Source of the DNA: Eledone cirrhosa
Taxonomy: Eukaryota
Assembly (NCBI GenBank): GCA_964016885.1
Contig: OZ024742.1
Coordinates: forward strand, 320,044,001 to 320,108,000
DNA: 64,000 nt
Direction of reading: 5' to 3'
Shown: positions 56,195 through 64,000 of the stretch, in pieces
Numbering within the stretch: position 1 is the stretch's first letter
How the letters are laid out: every line of letters begins with the position of its first letter
Program-made: the position numbers and the translations under genes
The notes under the pieces: model-generated
The model's input: the letters and a program-made list of their open reading frames with translations, nothing else
Databases searched by the model: none
Told to the model about the DNA's origin: nothing

Positions 56195-56335
56195 AAAGCT
56201 TTCCTGATGATTTATTTCGAGTGAAACAGTTCTAGTCCTGTAGAAGTCATTTCTATATTAAATTTGATGTTTACACTCTATTAATGTATTGAGTACCTTA
56301 CTTACTATGGTTAGCCCCGATTGAACCCGGGACTC
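56195..56335 (+). mobile_element. Family Y terminal fragment with HHR and tail
   Basis: TTC-CTGATGA...GAAACAGTTCTAGTCCTGTA|GAAG followed by the ACTC...TTGAGT tail hairpin. Confidence 0.8.
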
Positions 56336-56416
56336 ATACACACACATACATACACATATACACGTGAGTGTGTGGGAAGAGAGAGAGGGTGGATAGATAG
56401 ATAGATAGATAGATAT

Positions 56417-56678
56417 GTTTCTTTATTAGCCACAGGGGCGCAAAAGAAGGGGACAAATACAAAGGGGGAAGTTTACATACAATAAAAACGTGTAAAATAT
56501 TATCACAAATGCTCCTCTTTTTCCTCATCCTACAGGCTGATATAGAGAGAAGGCCCATTCACTCGTGCCATTCTCGCCACTTTCACCCACCTTTCATAAA
56601 AGTTGCTGGGGTACAGCACCTCTCTCTCCATCCTGATTCTTCTCCCAAAGTGGTATTTGAAAAAAAGAATCAGTTGTT
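56417..56678 (-). mobile_element. Second, shorter Tx1-like 3' copy in tandem
   Basis: Matches 56690-56750 and 56900-57065 with an internal deletion. GATA-flanked. Confidence 0.85.
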
Positions 56679-56687
56679 GATAGATAA

Positions 56688-58105
56688 ATTTTTTATTAGC
56701 CACAAGGGCACAAAAGAAGGGGACAAATACATATGGGGAGTTTACATACAGGTATATGAAAATAAACTATTAATACAATAACAAATAACAATTGAAATCC
56801 CCAATAGGGGGGAGGTGTTGCACAGGGGTTGTACACACCCCGAAAAAATGTACAACCCTCATCTCCAGGAGCACCAAGAGTGAGTACTCCCTTCCTCTCT
56901 TCCTCTTTTTCCTCAACCTACAGGCTTATATAGAGAGAAGGCCCAACCACTCGGGCCATCTTTGCTACATTCACCCACCTTTTATAAAATTTGCTGGGGT
57001 ACAGCACCTCTCTCTCCATCCTGATTCTTCTTCCAAAATTATATTTGAAAAAACGAATCAGTTGCTCGCCGGAGAGAAAGTTGTCTGACCTCAGCCCTTT
57101 TAACCTCGTCCACCATATAACCTCTTTCACCATAGCCATAACACATAGGAAAACCTCGTTTTTGAAGAAGGGTGGCGGTTTGATCATGATAATGAACTCG
57201 GTGGTCAACTGGATTGGCCCTACCCACGACAATAGTCGTTCTACATAGCCCCACAGGTCGGTAACGCCCGGGCAGTGCACAAATGCGTGTGCAATGGTTT
57301 CCTCGTCGCGCACGCATCTCGAACAGATGATTTTCGAAGGGTCCCTACCCGGGCGCCCGTGTCTGTAGAGCTTGTCTCGAACTGGTAGAGCTCCACGGTA
57401 GCACTGCCAGGCCAGGGACTTTTGGAAGTTGTCCATTTGTCCCGGGCGGAAGGTCCTACCGAACAGACTGGCCAGTTCGTCCTCCTCTACGCCTAAAGTT
57501 TCTCCGAGTGTGTCGTCGCACATGCTGCGGACCAACCCTCTATAGAATGTCGAAGTGGAGTCTCCACTGATCGCCGGGTCCGTTTGCCAGAGGACTGTGA
57601 GCGCCTGAGCACATTCGATGTTCCAGTCGCCCATTTTCCTCGGTCTTTGCTTGACCCAGGACTGCAGCTCGGTCAGCGAGACGAGTCGTGGGAAGGCTCG
57701 CCTCACGAACGGGGCCCACACCGGTTGTCTGGTGAGGAATACGTGGAGCGTGTGTTTGCGCATCGTCAGCCACGGCATCCCCAGCCCTCCGTTTGAAGGG
57801 TGTTGGCAGCAGATGGATCTTCTCACCAAAGGAGCCCGTTTCTTCCAAAGGAATTGGAAGAGCGCGCGCTCCATTTTGGTGAGCGTTTTGGCTGGACAAG
57901 GCACAACGGTCAAGCTGTAGTAGATGACGGACGCTATAAAAGTGTTCGCCACCTCCGCTCGACCTTTCAAGGATAGTTTGCACTCGGCCCACTTCTGGGT
58001 GAGCGCAAACACCTTGGCCGTCACCTCGTTTCAGTTCTTCGCCACCTGGAGATCAGGACCAAACCAGACCCCGAGCAGCTTTACCGGTCCTTCCGTCCAG
58101 TTGTT
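56688..58105 (-). mobile_element. 5'-truncated Tx1/L1-clade LINE (ORF2 C-terminus with zinc finger + 3' UTR)
   Basis: ORF 56918-58024 contains LSLKGRAEVAN, GGLGMP and CSRC..EETIAHAFVHCP. Upstream KLLGVWFG. (GATA)n flanks. Confidence 0.9.
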
Positions 58106-58106
58106 G

Positions 58107-58228
<122 letters not shown>

Positions 58229-58862
58229 TTATTTATTTATTGATGCCGGAATATTTAACAAATTCCACTCATAAAATATTAACCAATCAGATGCTGTGGT
58301 AGAAGACACTTGCCCAAGATAACTCGCAACAACGTGTCTGCGAAGGCGAACTTTTTAACCACACAGCCAAGCCTGTGCTTATTATATTATATAGAACCTT
58401 CCTCAAAATCTAGAAAATTTGTCATCGAAGTTACGTAACAAACTACAATGAATACACAATGTATGATAGTAATAAAACTAACAGTTGTTAAATGCTGAAT
58501 GTAAACTGGTTTTAAAGATAACAAATGTTGAAACACAGACGATAACAAATCATTAATGCAGAATCATAGCCATGACTTTTGTCCCACTATGAACAAATAA
58601 TAACTAAAGTCATTAATGTGACAGAGCCACTACACAGTCATTCGACCTGCTAGAAATAACAACGAGTTTCCTGATTCCTCTGTCTCTCTTCCTCTCATCT
58701 ACGTTATGCCCAGCCAGCTCCCTATGGCCTCGAGCGCTAACCTACTACGCCTTTTCCTTCCTGTCTGGAATGTCAGCTCCTATGCTTATACACGTGTGGG
58801 TAGGGATAGGAACTCCTGAAAATGTCTGTGTCAGTCACCGTTGAAAAGTGATATATATATAT

Positions 58863-59900
58863 ATAGGAAAAAGTATGACCCCGACGGCAGAGCTCTGCCG
58901 TCGGGGTCATACTTTTCCTATTACCCACTCTACTACCCTAAGTATAGAGTACTCCGGCGCATTATGGTCCATCTGGTTCCTTACCACAATTCCTTCGTTA
59001 TATATATACCCGGGTGGGTAGACAAGGGCTGATACCCCCCTGCTTGCCGAATAAGTTAGGGGAAACCCCAGCTTACTTAGGTAGATGTATCTCTTTTCTT
59101 TTCTTTTCCTCTTTGTCTTCTTCCCTCTGTCTCATCCTATCACTTCCTTCCACCCCCTATTTTCTTCCTCGTCTGCTTTTCCCATTTCGCCTACCCCGAT
59201 GCAGCCCATCGGGCCTCTATAGCATCAGTTCCCCCACCCCTGTAATTTTGAGATACAATTGGCCGAATACGTTTTACTAACTACTTATAGCAGACGTGTT
59301 AAACCCCTTTAATTTTGTATCAGTTCTGGTACTACTCAATTTCTACAAGTTTTTTTCTATTCTCAACTTATTAACCTGTAATTGTAAGATAGCATTGTGA
59401 TTTTTTTATTCATTTCTCACTATCTAATTTTATATTTTTTTTTATTTATTTTTATTATCTTTTATTGTCTCCTACTCTCATTCGATTTACCTATTCTATA
59501 ACCTCCCTCCGCCACTTCATACACTATCCTTAGAATCTGCTGTATACATATCACTTTCAACGCTTGACCGCTCCACTCACACCCCTATTGTTCTACAGGC
59601 AAGTTCAGCCACCCCTACCTGCCACCAAATTCCATGATAGACTTATTTGTGTTTACAACAAATTTTAACCAATCCTCTTGACAACTACAACCTTCCCATA
59701 TAAGGAAGTACCCCCTTGAAAAGTTCGGGTATTTATTCACCAGGCTAAAAATTCTAATTTAGTCCAGAAATAGCCGTCGAAACGGCTTGAGCTCTGCCGT
59801 CGGGGTCATGCTTTTTCCTATTTCCCACTCCACTACCCTAAGTATTGAGTACTCTGGTGCGTTATGGTCCAACTGGTTCCTTACTACAATTCCTTTGTTA
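58863..59900 (+). mobile_element. Apparently complete non-coding family X element: palindromic cap + terminal repeat + body + HHR + terminal repeat
   Basis: Direct terminal repeats 58890-59000 and 59789-59900. Body shares blocks with the minus strand of 24480-24770. No credible ORF. TA-rich flanks. Confidence 0.85.
59712..59805 (+). ncRNA. Type I hammerhead ribozyme, U3-A8 core variant (family X)
   Basis: CCCC-TTGAAAA-stem II-GAAACGGC-ttgagctct-GCCGTC|GGGG. Only the free core position 7 differs from the 25254 core. Confidence 0.72.
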
Positions 59901-59912
59901 TATATATACATA

Positions 59913-59979
59913 TTTTGTATATACTCTATTAATGTATTGAGTACTTCACGTACTGTGGTTACCCCCAGATTGAACCCGG

Positions 59980-60014
<35 letters not shown>

Positions 60015-60069
60015 ATATATATATATATATTTCTAAAGAATGAAACAGTTCTAGTCCTGTAGAATCTCA

Positions 60070-60131
<62 letters not shown>

Positions 60132-60147
60132 TATATACATATATTAC

Positions 60148-60216
<69 letters not shown>

Positions 60217-60311
60217 CATATATATACATATATATATATTTATTTTTTTATATAGATGAGATTCTACAGGACTAGAACTGTTTCATTCTTTAGAAATATA
60301 TATATATATAT

Positions 60312-60360
<49 letters not shown>

Positions 60361-60514
60361 CCGAGTTCAATCTGGGGTAACCACAGTACGTGAAGTACTC
60401 AATACATTAATAGTATATACAAAATTTAATATAGAAACGGCTTCTACAGGACTAGATGATTTCTTATGAATGAAACAGTTCTAGTCCTGTAGAAGCCATT
60501 TCTATATGAAATTT
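59913..60514. mobile_element. Cluster of family Y fragments in nested inverted arrangement
   Basis: 59913-60077 is inverted at 60249-60425. Additional hairpin 60422-60456 / 60480-60514. Confidence 0.8.
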
Positions 60515-60543
60515 ATATATATATATATATGTATATATATTGC

Positions 60544-60604
60544 GTTCGGATCTAGCTGTCGAAACGGCTGGAGCTCAGCCGTCGGGGTCCTGAATCTTTT
60601 CATA
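60544..60604 (+). mobile_element. Family X HHR 3'-half fragment ending at the short end
   Basis: GGATCTAGCTGTCGAAACGGCTGGAGCTCAGCCGTCGGGGTCC...TTTTCAT|(AT)n. Confidence 0.8.
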
Positions 60605-62284
60605 TATATATATATATTTGTAGGAGTACAGTAAAGTGTGATCTCATTGCCTAGATACAGAAAACTTCTCAATAAAAAATTCAATCGTGACATTATTTAT
60701 CTCATATAGTTTACATTAATACCCACCTCTCTGGTCTCCAAGTAGCCTGGGTCTTATCTATCAAACTGAAAAACATTTTGAAAATATTTCCTAGAACAGA
60801 TAACCCTTGTCTGATACTTGAACTACTGTGAATACCTTCAAACAACGCATTTGTATTTTCTGATCACCAACGTGAATGCCATTGAAAGTAATGCGTCAAA
60901 GCAAGCACACTCTGTCGTCCTATCATATTCACACTTCCTCACCAAATGTCCTTCTTCAAACAGTGGTACCAGAAATGTATACTATAACAATCTGACATTT
61001 AAACCTCAATAGCTGTCCAGCAGTCTTCTGAAAGATCTAAGAAATTTAATATAGTATTTCTTCCGTGAAACATATTTAAAAGATATTTGGAGCTGCTACC
61101 TTGGGTGGTTTTCGCACTTATCAATCGGTTTCACACGCCCAGGTCTCCCCGAGTTGAATTAAAGGCAGGGCCAGTATGTCTGGAAAAAACGCCAACTAAA
61201 TGCAACATTAAACTCAAAAGCTTTAATGGAGTCTCTCTTCATTAGGTTTCATGGATGGACGTTCACTCCTTCATGGGTTCATCTATCCTTCTTGCAAAGT
61301 ATTGTATTTTGTGTGTCTTGTCATGATGTCCACCTACCCTCTACTTACCAAGATGAAACCCTATAAGATGGCTACTGGTTTAGTTGCCAACGGTCCTATC
61401 ACGAAACGAGTAGTAGTGGTTTATATGATTACCCGTAAAAGATCTGACCTGATAAACTGCTGATCCATTAACTAAGAATGCTAGACATCGTCATGCATAT
61501 ATGTAGCTTTACAGCTCACAGTAGATGCTTTGCGGCATAGAGTTACGGGCATTTACTTTCTGAGTTCAAATCCCGCCGAGGTTAACTCTGGCTTTTATCC
61601 TTACGGGGGTCGATAAAATAAAGTACCAGTAATACATTGAGGTCGATCTAATCGACTTTCCCCTCCCCTAAAATTGTTGGCTGTGTGCCTAAATGAGAAA
61701 CAATTATTATAATTTAAATTTGATGTTTTATTGTTATCATCACCATCAACACCACCATCATTATCGTTATCATGAATATCATTACTGGTTTTTGTTTAAT
61801 TACTAAAATATCACAATTCGAGAAAAGAAGACCGAATAATTTTCCTTCTGAAGATACAAACAAATTAGTCAGATGAAATCTCAACCAGAACAGCTGACAA
61901 CTTGCAGTAAAATATCCCATTTTTAGTATCACGTTTCAAATAATTGTGTAATGATTGTTCAGAGTACAATATTTCTGTTTACCCGTTATTTCAACTGAAA
62001 GTTTATGTTCTGTATCATTATATATTGTTCTATATTTATATTTAACCAGACCTCACGACTCACACTGACAATTTATAGGACGCTGTTTACATTCTAAATT
62101 CTGAGGCATAACTTATGAATAAAAATAGTGTGACCTGGCAAAGATGACATAAAATAAATGAACCTCTCTTTGTACGATGAATGTTCCAATATTAAACAAT
62201 ATATTAAGAATGCAATTTACAGGAGAGATATGTAGAGAGTCAAACTCCGCACTTTTGACTACGGTATGTATCTGAGCAGTTGCG

Positions 62285-62490
62285 CTTTGCTGACACGATG
62301 ATGAACGTATTGCCACGAAGAACAACCAGCTATACCTGCTACATCAGCCATTCCACCTCGTGGGACTCCTTCCTCAAGCGTGATCCCCGCCTCCTCATGA
62401 TTTGACTGAGGAAAACAGCAGTCCGGGGACCGAGAATACTAGAGGTCTCGATGGCGACAGGCACAAAAATGAAACGGTCAGATAATGGAA
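62285..62490 (-). pseudogene. CRE-clade non-LTR retrotransposon C-terminal fragment
   Basis: FVPVAIETSSILGPRTAVFL..EWL*..VLRGN matches the CRE endonuclease C-terminal pattern, with in-frame stops. Confidence 0.7.
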
Positions 62491-64000
62491 CAACCGACTC
62501 ATGAAATTAACTTGTAGGTGGCTGAGTATTTCATAAGCTCGTGTACTCTTAACGCTTGAATTATGAAAGTAATCGGAGTGCCGTGGCAAAGCAAAAAAAA
62601 AGTACAAGTAATATACCTTCGTCGGTTTCGATGATGGTTGTTCCAGTTGTTCCATCAACGGTACAGCCTGTTCATGAAATCAACAAGTAAGTGGTTGAAT
62701 GAATCCCTAGTCTCAATTCTACGATTTGACTTATGAACGCAAACATTGAGACGTGGCGAATTTTTTTTTTTTTTTAAATGTAAATAGACCTCCATCGGTT
62801 TCGACGATCGAAAGAACGACCTACTTGTGAAATGAAAGTGTTAGAGGCTGAGTATCCCACAGACACATATAACCCCAACGTAATTCTCAGTGAGATTCAG
62901 TGAAACTCAATGTATGACATTTAGCGGGTTTCTAAACAGTCTCTGTCTATCCAATTTCATTTACAAGGCTTGAATCGACCGATACGCGGTGGTGGTAAAA
63001 GATACTTGCTCAAGATTCCAAGTAATGGGATCAAATTAGTGACCTACTGATTATAAAACAAACTTCTTATCCTGCGTCCAGGGCAAGACACGAAATAGGA
63101 ACATATTTTATTATGCTGTTGTTGTTGTTGTTGCTGTTACTGCTGTTGTTGTAGTAGTAGTAGTAGTTGTTGTTGTTGTTGTTGTTACTACTGCTGCGGT
63201 TGTTGTTTTGCTGCTACTGCTGTTGTTGTTGCTGTAGTAGTTGTTGTTTCCGTCCTAGTTAAGCTCAGTTCGAGCAAACCTATGATCAAAATCATTCCAG
63301 CCATGAACATACTGTGTTTGGGGAATGTATGGGTAAAATCTAGATCTACTTTGACCGACATATGCTTCCTTTTTTAAAACAACAAAGTATGATTTAAGAA
63401 AGATTTGGTTGTTATTTCTTAAATATCGTTGTCACTAGCTTTTGTTGTGTTTTGACCACTGGTCAGTCCTAATCCGGCAGACCTATGATGAAAAACGATT
63501 TAGCTATGAGCCTCCTTTGTTATCATTCGTTTTTGTTTTTTAAACAGTGGGTTGGAACGTGAGGGAGATTGACTATTATTTTCTGCACGTCGATAAACTA
63601 AATGTATGTTCCCTCGTTGACACTACCGGTGTTGCTTTTTGTTTGTTTGTGTTGCTTTTATTTTTATATTTTTTTGTTGAGCTAAAGTCAGTCCTGATCA
63701 AACAGACGCATGCCCAAAAGAGATTTAACCTCGACTATGTCGTCCCTCTAGAGCAAAGGTTCTCAAAGTGGGCGCTAGGGCCTAAGGGGGAGGTGGAGGA
63801 GCAATAGAGATGCTATAATAGTATATTAAATATCAAATGATACATATTATATATATATATATATAGTAATAATAATAAATTTGAAGACTATATATATATA
63901 TATAGTAAAATAAAAAGTATATGATATTTATTTATACATAGTATTATTTGTTGTATATAAATTGTCGATTTTATTTATTATATATTATTTACATTTTGTG

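Overview
AT-rich, microsatellite-dense animal DNA, most likely a cephalopod such as Octopus (inferred from the SINE repertoire and TA/CA/TACA/GATA tracts). No host protein-coding exon is supportable and most short ORFs are translated microsatellites. The window is a mosaic of mobile elements: one intact Penelope-like (PLE) ORF (RT + GIY-YIG, 709 aa), fragments of a Neptune-type PLE, RTE, R4/Dong-like, Tx1-like, CRE and maT/mariner elements, a Buster/Charlie hAT nested in a hAT MITE, many SINEs and MITEs, and a 3.4-kb 29-bp minisatellite. The main pattern is a set of non-coding, (TA)n-embedded fold-back insertions from several dissimilar families. Three families carry clear type I hammerhead ribozyme (HHR) folds, one with a U3-A8 core. 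In four families the inverted arm stops at a 'short end' a few nt before a shared bulged hairpin (RCTC-stem-loop-stem-TW-GAGY). The same hairpin lies just upstream of the intact PLE ORF. This suggests a PLE-driven, retrozyme-like non-autonomous system with a shared cis-signal. All folds and alignments were done by eye.
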